Source of the DNA: a virus
Lineage: Duplodnaviria > Caudoviricetes
IMG/VR virus record: IMGVR_UViG_3300023179_000105
Span: 1,862-65,861 of that record
Reading direction: 5' to 3' (one strand)
DNA length: 64,000 nucleotides
A program made the position numbers and the translations under genes. How positions within the stretch are numbered: position 1 is the first letter of the stretch; every line of letters begins with the position of its first letter. This document shows, one piece after another, positions 38,839-45,904 of this stretch. The notes below the pieces were generated by a model. That model was not told the DNA's origin, did no database searches, and saw nothing but the letters and a program-made list of their open reading frames with translations.

Positions 38839-38878
38839 AAACAAAAGAGGCCGAAGCCCTTTTACGGACTCGGCCTCT
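38839..38878 (-). terminator. Hairpin/terminator upstream of phoH
   Basis: AGAGGCCGA...TCGGCCTCT 9-bp stem (38846-38878) followed by TTTGTTT. Confidence 0.65.
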
Positions 38879-38910
38879 ATTCGTGGATTTCTTTGGTGGG
38901 TGAGACAGCT

Positions 38911-39174
38911 CTAAATCTCCTTTGGAATGTCCCAGCGTTTACTTGCTACTGCCGATGCCTCTGGGACGGCTGATTTAATTCTACCTAAAACATATTTTTG
39001 AAAGTCTGCTGGTGGTTTTGTAATACCAATATTAACTGGATCGACCACAACGGCTGACTGAATAATTTGTTCCCAATCTGGTTTATCATTTAAGTATGTG
39101 TCGTGTTCCGCCATAGACATATTGACGACTATAATTTCTTCTGTTTTTTTATTACGAAAAGTATAATTTGGCAT
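38911..39174 (-). CDS. Conserved T4-like hypothetical protein (MP.Y.F.N..T.E family)
   Basis: N-terminal motif; position upstream of phoH. Confidence 0.65.
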   Translation of the reverse strand: MPNYTFRNKKTEEIIVVNMSMAEHDTYLNDKPDWEQIIQSAVVVDPVNIGITKPPADFQKYVLGRIKSAVPEASAVASKRWDIPKEI

Positions 39175-39190
39175 TCACTTATCCTTTTAA

Positions 39191-39487
39191 TTATTCAACA
39201 ATATACCAATCGTCTGCTAATAGTCCTGCCGAAGTGGCCATAAAAGATGAAGTATCATTACATGTTGCGGTTGATGTGTTTGGTATTATTGTTGGAAGGC
39301 CGCTCAAGGCCTGTATAGCGTTTGCAGTAAGTTCTCCACTAGACATATCACATACCACCACGAGGTTGGCGCCAGATGTAGTATTAGTATTTAATCGAAT
39401 AAATAAATTATTTTTTTTCAAATCACCGTTTTCTCGACTAACTTTTTTACCTGCTTTAATTTCTAAGAGTGCTTGACTGAAATCCAT
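39191..39487 (-). CDS. DUF2829/Tad2-like protein
   Basis: M.FSQAL..IKAGKKVSR N-terminus and LLADDWYIVE C-terminus. Confidence 0.65.
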   Translation of the reverse strand: MDFSQALLEIKAGKKVSRENGDLKKNNLFIRLNTNTTSGANLVVVCDMSSGELTANAIQALSGLPTIIPNTSTATCNDTSSFMATSAGLLADDWYIVE

Positions 39488-39490
39488 TTT

Positions 39491-40033
39491 TTATAACTCC
39501 TTTATCCAGTCCGGTGGTTGGCGGTTTTTCCACTTATGTAGGTGTACCTTACCGACCTTATAATAGTTGCGATAGTTTTTTATCGCATCTTCTGATATGA
39601 TGTATTTAGGATCCATGGCACTTGGCGGTTGGGTTAAACCAGCATTTTTAATTTTATGTGGAGGATATCTAAGAGCATGTAGCAAACCATCGGCCTGTAC
39701 CTTATGTGTTTTGCCATAGCGATATGTATATTCTTTACAATATTCGTTTAATAAAGACCACAACCAAAGATAGTTGGTATCGGTTTCACGGCACCAGACG
39801 GCCGACGGATGGTTCACATGAGTTGCGGAGTATAATGTTATATTACGGTCATCATCAAGACGCCACCTCTTTACCTTGCGTTTTCCACCATCATCAATAT
39901 ATTCACTACCGTCTATCACTCTATGCGCGGTTGAGAGCAATTGGGCACTCTCAAGGATCATCTTTACACAGTGAGAGTCAACAGACCACTCGGCACATAG
40001 TTTAGGATCTTCATGTAGATAAAATATGTTCAT
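39491..40033 (-). CDS. Pyrimidine-dimer DNA glycosylase/DenV-family-like protein
   Basis: MNIFYL..DP..CA....D.H.VKMILESAQLLSTAH; H.NHPSAVW.R; EY.YRYGK.H; YR.YY. Confidence 0.75.
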   Translation of the reverse strand: MNIFYLHEDPKLCAEWSVDSHCVKMILESAQLLSTAHRVIDGSEYIDDGGKRKVKRWRLDDDRNITLYSATHVNHPSAVWCRETDTNYLWLWSLLNEYCKEYTYRYGKTHKVQADGLLHALRYPPHKIKNAGLTQPPSAMDPKYIISEDAIKNYRNYYKVGKVHLHKWKNRQPPDWIKEL

Positions 40034-40607
40034 ATTTTTCTTCCATTTTTTTAAATATTGTGACAAATGTAAATCTATAAGGATTGGATAAATTTGAACT
40101 TAAATGTTGTAAAGGTTTATGTGGTATTTCACTATCGAAAAGTAAAACTCTATTGGGTTTATACTCTATAATTATTTCAGGTTCTAAAATATTGTTATAG
40201 AGTAATGTTTCACCGCCTTGTCCTTTTTTCCATTCCGTATTAGCGTAATATAAAAAACTTTTTGATGTATTTTTTTGAGTAGAGTCACAGTGATATGAGG
40301 TATAAGATGAAGGTGTAAAACAATTTACCCACGATTTTGATATTTTTTTATCTCCAATTATACATTCAATTGGTTTAAAATTAATGCTATCAAAAATACC
40401 TAAAAATTTTATGTCTTTATCATTATAAGCACTTTGCCAATTATGAGGATCAGATTGTTGATCGAATATAGATGTTGCTCTTCCTGTTAAAGTATAATGA
40501 GATTTCTCAAAAATACGTGCAAATTTAACCATTTCGGAATAAGAAAATACATCATCAAAAATATCAACAGTTCCGCCTGAGGATAAATGTTTTGTTTCTC
40601 TTTTCAT
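40011..40607 (-). CDS. 2OG-Fe(II) oxygenase
   Basis: HxD (YHCD), LYY.N..W....GGET, PNR..LFD..IPH, distal R. Confidence 0.85.
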   Translation of the reverse strand: MKRETKHLSSGGTVDIFDDVFSYSEMVKFARIFEKSHYTLTGRATSIFDQQSDPHNWQSAYNDKDIKFLGIFDSINFKPIECIIGDKKISKSWVNCFTPSSYTSYHCDSTQKNTSKSFLYYANTEWKKGQGGETLLYNNILEPEIIIEYKPNRVLLFDSEIPHKPLQHLSSNLSNPYRFTFVTIFKKMEEKYEHILST

Positions 40608-40610
40608 TTA

Positions 40611-40781
40611 TTATCCCTCAATTAAATCCAGTATATCATTTAAAAATGTGACTTCATTATGGAAATGCGTTTCAAGACGGTCAATAGGACCGTCTTCACC
40701 AATACGTTCGCTTAGTTTATTGAGACGTTCATACAACTTTTCTTTAATCTCAAGCAATACATTTGATGGATCGTTTTGCAT
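40611..40781 (-). CDS. Hypothetical 56-aa protein
   Basis: Hand translation MQNDPSNVLLEIKEKLYERL...LIEG; GAGG RBS; fills an operon gap. Confidence 0.55.
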   Translation of the reverse strand: MQNDPSNVLLEIKEKLYERLNKLSERIGEDGPIDRLETHFHNEVTFLNDILDLIEG

Positions 40782-41136
40782 TTTTCTTCACCTCATTAAT
40801 GTGGTTACACCATTTGCGAAACTTAAAGGCAGTGCAATCGCAAGTATAACGGTTGAAATTGCCTCGGGTGACAATGTAGGAACGCTTATCACCAGGAACG
40901 AGAGAAACGCCATCATTATAGTTTTCATTACCAGTCCATGCCTCTACTATATCACGTTTATCTAAGATACGAGCCGGCGCATCAGCATCACCAGTCGTCA
41001 ACATAAACTCATATTCTTTTAACCATTTAGGTCTAGGGAGAACCACACGACCTTCATAATAATTATATTCAGGTTGGAAAACATAATTAGAACCCGGCCG
41101 ATAGGCCGAGTTCTTATATTTCACTTTAAGACGCAT
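40750..41136 (-). CDS. SWIM zinc-finger protein
   Basis: Y.V......Y.CDC..F.FR..C.H. Confidence 0.75.
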   Translation of the reverse strand: MRLKVKYKNSAYRPGSNYVFQPEYNYYEGRVVLPRPKWLKEYEFMLTTGDADAPARILDKRDIVEAWTGNENYNDGVSLVPGDKRSYIVTRGNFNRYTCDCTAFKFRKWCNHINEVKKNAKRSIKCIA

Positions 41137-41405
41137 TAGAGAACCTTCATGTCTATAGTATTCTCGAAAAACTTTTTCAAGTCATTTTCGAATGTGGAGT
41201 CCTTCATCGAGAAATCTTTCCAACAAAGAAACGCCTGATATAGATTATGGATTTCATCTACCGTTCGTTCAAGCGCCTCTACGTTTTCATCAACTTGACC
41301 CGGCATTTGAACCGTATAACCACGATGTTCGATTATATCAATCAAATCATCCGTATCGAGATAATTTGTATTGAGTTGATAGTTAATATAAGTCAATAGA
41401 AGCAC
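41136..41405 (-). CDS. Hypothetical protein
   Basis: AAGGAG RBS; operon packing. Confidence 0.55.
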   Translation of the reverse strand: MLLLTYINYQLNTNYLDTDDLIDIIEHRGYTVQMPGQVDENVEALERTVDEIHNLYQAFLCWKDFSMKDSTFENDLKKFFENTIDMKVL

Positions 41406-41414
41406 TCCTTTATA

Positions 41415-42005
41415 TTAGATACCAAGAGCCTTGAGGTCAACGTTGTTGAGGTCAATTGAGTCCCAGTCTTTATCGACCGAGTATGAAGTAGCAACCTCAC
41501 CATTTGAACCGAATTGCTCCGTTACATCATCAAACTCACGGGTCTTTTTATTGGACTTTGCCTTCTTAGCGGCAACCTTCTTCATACCTTCGGCAACCTT
41601 CTTGATTGTTTCAAGGTTCTTTGCCTTAACATAAGCATTTTCGGCATTTTTTTCAATTGCGGCCTCAGCCCGCAACACGGCAGCATTTTCCTTGGCGACT
41701 ACCGATTTGGAAACTTTAGGCGCCTTAGCAACCTTGGCCTTAGGTGCCTTAGGAGTAGCACTACGCAACTCGGCAGCATTAGCAGGCTCGGCAATCATAG
41801 TATAAGAGACGACCTTGCGGCCATCTTTATTGGCAGTAATAGTAAAACCATACCGAGTATTAAGGAACGATACATACTTGGCAGCATAGTCGCCAGTACC
41901 AACGTGGGCATTAATCTCGGCAGGCGTAACAGTCTTGCCCATTTGAAGAACCGCAAGGGCGCGGATCTCAGGGCGGATACCATTGGAAGCGGACACTTTA
42001 GGCAT
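41415..42005 (-). CDS. Early protein with Lys/Ala-rich linker, possibly DNA-binding
   Basis: Start revised to MPKVS (AAGGAG RBS); directly downstream of a composite promoter. Confidence 0.6.
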   Translation of the reverse strand: MPKVSASNGIRPEIRALAVLQMGKTVTPAEINAHVGTGDYAAKYVSFLNTRYGFTITANKDGRKVVSYTMIAEPANAAELRSATPKAPKAKVAKAPKVSKSVVAKENAAVLRAEAAIEKNAENAYVKAKNLETIKKVAEGMKKVAAKKAKSNKKTREFDDVTEQFGSNGEVATSYSVDKDWDSIDLNNVDLKALGI

Positions 42006-42037
42006 ATTTAACTCCTTTTTCATCATTTAATACGGAT

Positions 42038-42126
42038 ATTATAACACAAAGGACGGATAAGGCAAGCAAAATCGTTTGTAAACAGGTGCGACATGATGTC
42101 ACACCCTTGAATGTAAACGGTTTACA
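42038..42126 (-). promoter_or_regulatory. Composite early promoter, copy 1
   Basis: Palindrome 42087-42103, GTTTACA 42077-83, TTGCCT 42060-65, TATAAT 42038-43 (16-bp spacer); TGTAAAC-G-GTTTACA 42112-26. Confidence 0.8.
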
Positions 42127-42140
42127 ATCAGCACTCGGGA

Positions 42141-42362
42141 TCAAAATCGTGCCACTCCTGGGACTAGTTTGGTTGCCCAACTTGGTTGGTCATCATCCTC
42201 ATCCTCAGCAAGATCACCATAAAATTCAGGATAGTAGGCACTCAGGAAATTCGAGACCTCGGACTCCGAAAGATAGTTGAGAAGGTCACGGATCAATTCA
42301 TCACGATCCAAGATACCCTCATCTTTAGCTTCAATAACGGCATTAGTAAATTGACGGATCAT
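42141..42362 (-). CDS. Small acidic early protein
   Basis: GAGG RBS; EG.LD.D.L...LL.YLSE.EV. Confidence 0.6.
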   Translation of the reverse strand: MIRQFTNAVIEAKDEGILDRDELIRDLLNYLSESEVSNFLSAYYPEFYGDLAEDEDDDQPSWATKLVPGVARF

Positions 42363-42371
42363 TTTATTACC

Positions 42372-42548
42372 TCAGTTATGATTGCCAAGAGAAAACCATT
42401 TTTCAACGATAAAGTCAATTGTCTCCTTATTAACTGGAACAGAAGAACGCTTATTGACATATTCATGGACCTGTTTATCAAAATGGATGCCTGGCGAGGA
42501 CACAATCTCAATAACCAGTTTCTCGATTTCTTTATATACAAAAGACAT
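42372..42548 (-). CDS. Small early protein (paralog of 42556..42756)
   Basis: Start revised to MSFVYKEIEKLV with GAGG RBS. Confidence 0.55.
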   Translation of the reverse strand: MSFVYKEIEKLVIEIVSSPGIHFDKQVHEYVNKRSSVPVNKETIDFIVEKWFSLGNHN

Positions 42549-42555
42549 TATTACC

Positions 42556-42756
42556 TCAGTCAATTGTTTGTAGTTGGCTATAATAATCGTCTCTATAAAA
42601 ATCACCGATAATACGGTTGATTTGTTCAATAGGAATATGGATACAAAGACGGTCATTTACATAGGTTTGAACCTGTTGTTCGGTTTGAGCACCATACTCA
42701 ATTGCTTGAACAACCAATTCATCTACTTGTAAAGCAAGATCGGACATTTTAGACAT
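42556..42756 (-). CDS. Small early protein
   Basis: GGAGG RBS; shares QV..YVN.R with its neighbour. Confidence 0.6.
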   Translation of the reverse strand: MSKMSDLALQVDELVVQAIEYGAQTEQQVQTYVNDRLCIHIPIEQINRIIGDFYRDDYYSQLQTID

Positions 42757-42758
42757 TA

Positions 42759-42989
42759 TTAACCCTCCACAAGATTGTCAATTTCGGATTGCGGTACAAT
42801 AGTAGCATTTAAACCACTAAGCCATTTATTAATATGCTTTGAGGTTGTTACTGAATACTTTTGCTCGGTACGGATCCATCCTTTAACAGGATGAAAAGCA
42901 GCTACTGGTGTTCTATAAGAAAAGAACACTTTAATTCCATTATCAAAAGAGAGGACGTTTTGATTTGAACCTTTAGGAATAAGTTTCAT
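42759..42989 (-). CDS. Conserved small phage protein (FSY.TPVA...YS.TTSKH)
   Basis: Recognisable motif; AAGGA RBS. Confidence 0.65.
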   Translation of the reverse strand: MKLIPKGSNQNVLSFDNGIKVFFSYRTPVAAFHPVKGWIRTEQKYSVTTSKHINKWLSGLNATIVPQSEIDNLVEG

Positions 42990-43002
42990 TTGATTTCCTT
43001 TC

Positions 43003-43215
43003 TTAGATTTCATTAAGAGATACTAGTTTAGACATATAAAAATGATTAGCATATTCTTTATCATTTTTATATTTTTCATTTAATTCATCAAGATATGATT
43101 TAGCATCTTTTTCATGTTCAAAGAATTTATATACTCTACTTTCATCTGATTTAGCATAATGGATATCGGTATTATGACGCTCATTATAGGATTTTAAAGC
43201 AACAATATAAGTCAT
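43003..43215 (-). CDS. Small early protein
   Basis: First gene after composite promoter copy 2; GAAAGGA RBS; AT-rich. Confidence 0.6.
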   Translation of the reverse strand: MTYIVALKSYNERHNTDIHYAKSDESRVYKFFEHEKDAKSYLDELNEKYKNDKEYANHFYMSKLVSLNEI

Positions 43216-43242
43216 GTTTACTATCCTTTCTAATTATGTCTA

Positions 43243-43309
43243 AGGATAGCATAACACAACGGTAAAGGCAATCATAATCGTATGTCAACAAGTGCGACAG
43301 GATGTCGCA
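43243..43309 (-). promoter_or_regulatory. Composite early promoter, copy 2
   Basis: TGCGACA-N3-TGTCGCA 43293-43309, GTTGACA 43283-89, TTGCCT 43266-71, N17, TATCCT 43243-48. Confidence 0.82.
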
Positions 43310-43403
43310 GTTTCCGTTTGTAAACTTTCTTGCTGTTGACAATCTGCTGTTTACAGACAGGATTGCGGAGTGCCTTAGCAATAGGATTAGGTTTCTTTTT
43401 CAT
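43272..43403 (-). CDS. 43-aa basic peptide, ArfA-like
   Basis: MKKKPNPIAKALRNPVCKQQIVNSKKVYKRKLRHPVALVDIRL; GGAGG RBS; ATGA coupling. The ORF is well supported, the function is tentative. Confidence 0.6.
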   Translation of the reverse strand: MKKKPNPIAKALRNPVCKQQIVNSKKVYKRKLRHPVALVDIRL

Positions 43404-43549
43404 CGTTCCTCCAAACTCCAGGAGAGATAGTTTTCTTTCTTAGAATAAAGGTCAATATACCTATAGGCCGCAGTTCTTGAGATACCACGGAATGTAAGAT
43501 CATAACCTTTGAACCAGATTGAGAGATTAAAAGTTTTCACATTAGCCAT
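43400..43549 (-). CDS. 49-aa protein (paralog of 43552..43710)
   Basis: MANVKTFNLSIWFKGYDLTFRGISRTAAYRYIDLY... Confidence 0.6.
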   Translation of the reverse strand: MANVKTFNLSIWFKGYDLTFRGISRTAAYRYIDLYSKKENYLSWSLEER

Positions 43550-43551
43550 TT

Positions 43552-43710
43552 TTATTTCCATTCGGTTTGAAAGTAAGCGTAGTCTTTTAGTTTTTGATAC
43601 TTCTTTACATACTTCATCATCATGCTACGAGTAATATCATGGAATACAACCTTAGTATTATCTTTGAAGAAAATAGTAAGGTCATATGTTTTGATTATAT
43701 GAACACGCAT
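43552..43710 (-). CDS. 52-aa protein
   Basis: Start revised to MRVHIIKTYDLTIFFK; GAGG RBS. Confidence 0.6.
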   Translation of the reverse strand: MRVHIIKTYDLTIFFKDNTKVVFHDITRSMMMKYVKKYQKLKDYAYFQTEWK

Positions 43711-43717
43711 ATTAACC

Positions 43718-43918
43718 TCAAAAGTTGGCCGAGTCATCATACGCAAATGGTTTTACGTCTTGTGGATCATCAGCAAATACTACGACATCATTCTCCATAA
43801 CCTCATCGACCGCACGTTTATCCCATACTCTATGAATAAAGTCAGGAGTGCCGAACACCTTGACGGCCGTATGATAACGGTTATCTTTGAAACCTACAAA
43901 GTGTAAGGCATTATTCAT
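43718..43918 (-). CDS. Small phage protein (HFVGF...Y..A..VFG.PDF.H..WD.RA)
   Basis: Start revised to MNNALHFVGF; GGAGG RBS. Confidence 0.65.
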   Translation of the reverse strand: MNNALHFVGFKDNRYHTAVKVFGTPDFIHRVWDKRAVDEVMENDVVVFADDPQDVKPFAYDDSANF

Positions 43919-43919
43919 A

Positions 43920-44048
43920 TTAATCCTCCAGAGTTCCAGGAACTGCCCAATATGAGATATCAACTGGTAGAATAGTATTGTATAACCAGGTGATAGCATC
44001 AATTCGACGTTCACCATAAATTGACGTTTCTGAATAAAAAACAACCAT
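43920..44048 (-). CDS. Hypothetical 42-aa protein
   Basis: MVVFYSETSIYGERRIDAITWLY...; GGAGG RBS. Confidence 0.5.
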   Translation of the reverse strand: MVVFYSETSIYGERRIDAITWLYNTILPVDISYWAVPGTLED

Positions 44049-44049
44049 A

Positions 44050-44151
44050 TTAACCTCCAAAGTATGCGATTAGACAAACGCCAAACATAAGACTAACAAG
44101 GGTTGCGAATAGTGCGAAACACTGGACCATTTGTTCATCATCTTTAAACAT
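44050..44151 (-). CDS. 33-aa membrane peptide
   Basis: MFKDDEQMVQCFALFATLVSLMFGVCLIAYFGG. Confidence 0.45.
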   Translation of the reverse strand: MFKDDEQMVQCFALFATLVSLMFGVCLIAYFGG

Positions 44152-44155
44152 TTCA

Positions 44156-44377
44156 TTACCACCCGAATTTAGCATCTTTGAGATAGCAGTTTGTATGGCG
44201 AGTTTTGTCCGCATTTTCCAGATGTAGTAAAGTCCAACCTTTATGACCTAACCGTGGATTATCACGAATACCAATAATGGTCCAGATTGCTCGGCCAGTA
44301 CCAAACTTAATCGTATCACCAATTTCAGGATCAGGATAATGTTTAAGATTTGCTTTGAATTTAGAAAGACTTGACAT
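44156..44377 (-). CDS. Small beta-rich protein
   Basis: Start revised to MSSLSKFK; GAGGA RBS. Confidence 0.55.
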   Translation of the reverse strand: MSSLSKFKANLKHYPDPEIGDTIKFGTGRAIWTIIGIRDNPRLGHKGWTLLHLENADKTRHTNCYLKDAKFGW

Positions 44378-44378
44378 A

Positions 44379-44462
44379 TTAATCCTCATTTGAATTGATT
44401 GCGATAAGAGCCAAAGAGATAGGAACAGCGAGTGATACAATAAAAACGATTAGTTCGGTCAT
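44379..44462 (-). CDS. 27-aa membrane peptide
   Basis: MTELIVFIVSLAVPISLALIAINSNED; ATGA overlap; AAGGA RBS. Confidence 0.45.
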   Translation of the reverse strand: MTELIVFIVSLAVPISLALIAINSNED

Positions 44463-44683
44463 GCGCTATTTTTTCCTTTTGCTTTACCAGAGGTTTTAAG
44501 GTTATTAGATTTTGCACCCATATGAGACACACTACCACGTACCATAGGGAACGAGGTATTAGCCCGACTACGACGACCTGGTTTACATACAGTAATGGCG
44601 CCGCCATTTTCAAAGTATGACAGCAAGGCATCAACCGTGTCAATACGGAGTTCAAGGTTCTTTTTAGCGAAACGATGGTTCAT
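44459..44683 (-). CDS. Small basic phage protein (F..GG.IT.C motif)
   Basis: Motif and operon packing. Confidence 0.6.
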   Translation of the reverse strand: MNHRFAKKNLELRIDTVDALLSYFENGGAITVCKPGRRSRANTSFPMVRGSVSHMGAKSNNLKTSGKAKGKNSA

Positions 44684-45009
44684 TATCTTATATCCGTGTT
44701 AAGTTTAGGTTTACGATTACGAATTAATTCCCGTTCAATAATGTGGGCAGCGGACTTTCCGCGAACCACATCCAATACACTAACGTCAAAGGCATCAGCG
44801 CCAAATTTGCGTATAGCAACACAGAGCTTCCACTTTTTATTTTCCGTGAGGGCTCGTCGGACATGTTTTTGCCACCTTCTTGTTAAGGATTTCTTTACAG
44901 CCGACCGCTCAACATATGTGACGCCGATATATTCCTGTCCGTTTACAGACAAAGAATAAATCAGGTGTTTACGATCAGACCGAGATTTCCGTTTTTGAGT
45001 TTTCATCAT
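44683..45009 (-). CDS. Stand-alone GIY-YIG domain protein
   Basis: LIY......G..YIG.T; RW..H; AI.K.G...F; A...E..LI....P.LN. Confidence 0.75.
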   Translation of the reverse strand: MMKTQKRKSRSDRKHLIYSLSVNGQEYIGVTYVERSAVKKSLTRRWQKHVRRALTENKKWKLCVAIRKFGADAFDVSVLDVVRGKSAAHIIERELIRNRKPKLNTDIR

Positions 45010-45015
45010 GATCGT

Positions 45016-45082
45016 ATCCTAACACAAGGAAAAGGAAGAGGCAAGAGAAATCGTATGTAAACGGATGCGACACGATGTCGCA
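45016..45082 (-). promoter_or_regulatory. Composite early promoter, copy 3
   Basis: TGCGACA-N3-TGTCGCA 45066-82, GTTTACA 45056-62, TTGCCT 45039-44, N17, TAGGAT 45016-21. Confidence 0.82.
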
Positions 45083-45099
45083 CCCTAAGTTATTGATTT

Positions 45100-45234
45100 T
45101 TATTCGGGGAGATTGTCGAATGTAAACCCAAGTTTTCCTTGTAATGTCAACGCATGTTTACAAATAGGGTAGGGCAATTCACAGGTGGCCCAGGCGAAGG
45201 CATAAGTGATTTTGCGTCGAATATAGAGAAGCAT
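45100..45234 (-). CDS. 44-aa early protein
   Basis: MLLYIRRKITYAFAWATCELPYPICKH...; GAAAGGA RBS; first gene after promoter copy 4. Confidence 0.5.
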   Translation of the reverse strand: MLLYIRRKITYAFAWATCELPYPICKHALTLQGKLGFTFDNLPE

Positions 45235-45261
45235 GTTTACAGTCCTTTCTAATTATGCCTA

Positions 45262-45350
45262 AGGATAGCATAGTTGAAAGGAACAGGCAACAAAAAAGGT
45301 ATGTAAACGCCTGCGTCAGGATGTCACACCCTGAATGTAAACGTTTACAT
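45262..45350 (-). promoter_or_regulatory. Composite early promoter, copy 4
   Basis: Palindrome 45312-28, GTTTACA 45302-08, TTGCCT 45285-90, N17, TATCCT 45262-67; perfect palindrome ATGTAAACGTTTACAT 45335-50. Confidence 0.82.
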
Positions 45351-45373
45351 ACCCTGTTGTCAATTAATTTTGT

Positions 45374-45904
45374 TTACAATTGTTGTTTCCGTTTTTCAAC
45401 AGATTTTAAGTAGGATTCTATCTTTTTTCTTTTATGTTCTTCGGATTGTGGCCCATAAGGTTTTCTTTTACCACGCATTTTTTGTTTAGTTGTTTCTGTA
45501 TGATTTTTACCATACATAGGATTACCTTCACCACTAATATTATTTTTATGTCGCTCGGTATGAGAATGTCCAGGTTTACCAGTTTTTATTTTACTTATAA
45601 GTTTTTTAGTTTCTTCTGTATGGACTCTTCCTTCGGCACCTTCACCACCATCAGTCATATTACGGAGAATACCTGTACCAAGGTCTTTACGGCCATACCA
45701 ACGAATATAGAACCTCTCTAACGCAAAAGCACCGAGTTCCGTAAGATTAGATTCCATGATAACAATACGATCATCGGATGGTTTGGAGATAATATCTTTA
45801 TATTTTTGCCATGCTCTTTTATTCTTACCCTTACCAATATAGTAAGGTGAACCATCTGGTCTTAAATAGGCATAGATATAGAAATTGGTAGTATAAATAG
45901 ACAT
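45374..45904 (-). mobile_element. Free-standing GIY-YIG/NUMOD3 homing endonuclease (start revised to MSIY)
   Basis: FYIYAYLR.DG.PYYIGKG...RA; LRN.TDGGEG; HTEETK, NPMYGKNHTE NUMOD3-like repeats. Confidence 0.85.

Noticed and set aside
42038-45350. CRISPR-like array of palindromic repeats
   Set aside because: Spacing is irregular (~250-1800 bp), genes lie between the copies, and each copy is tied to -35/-10 boxes
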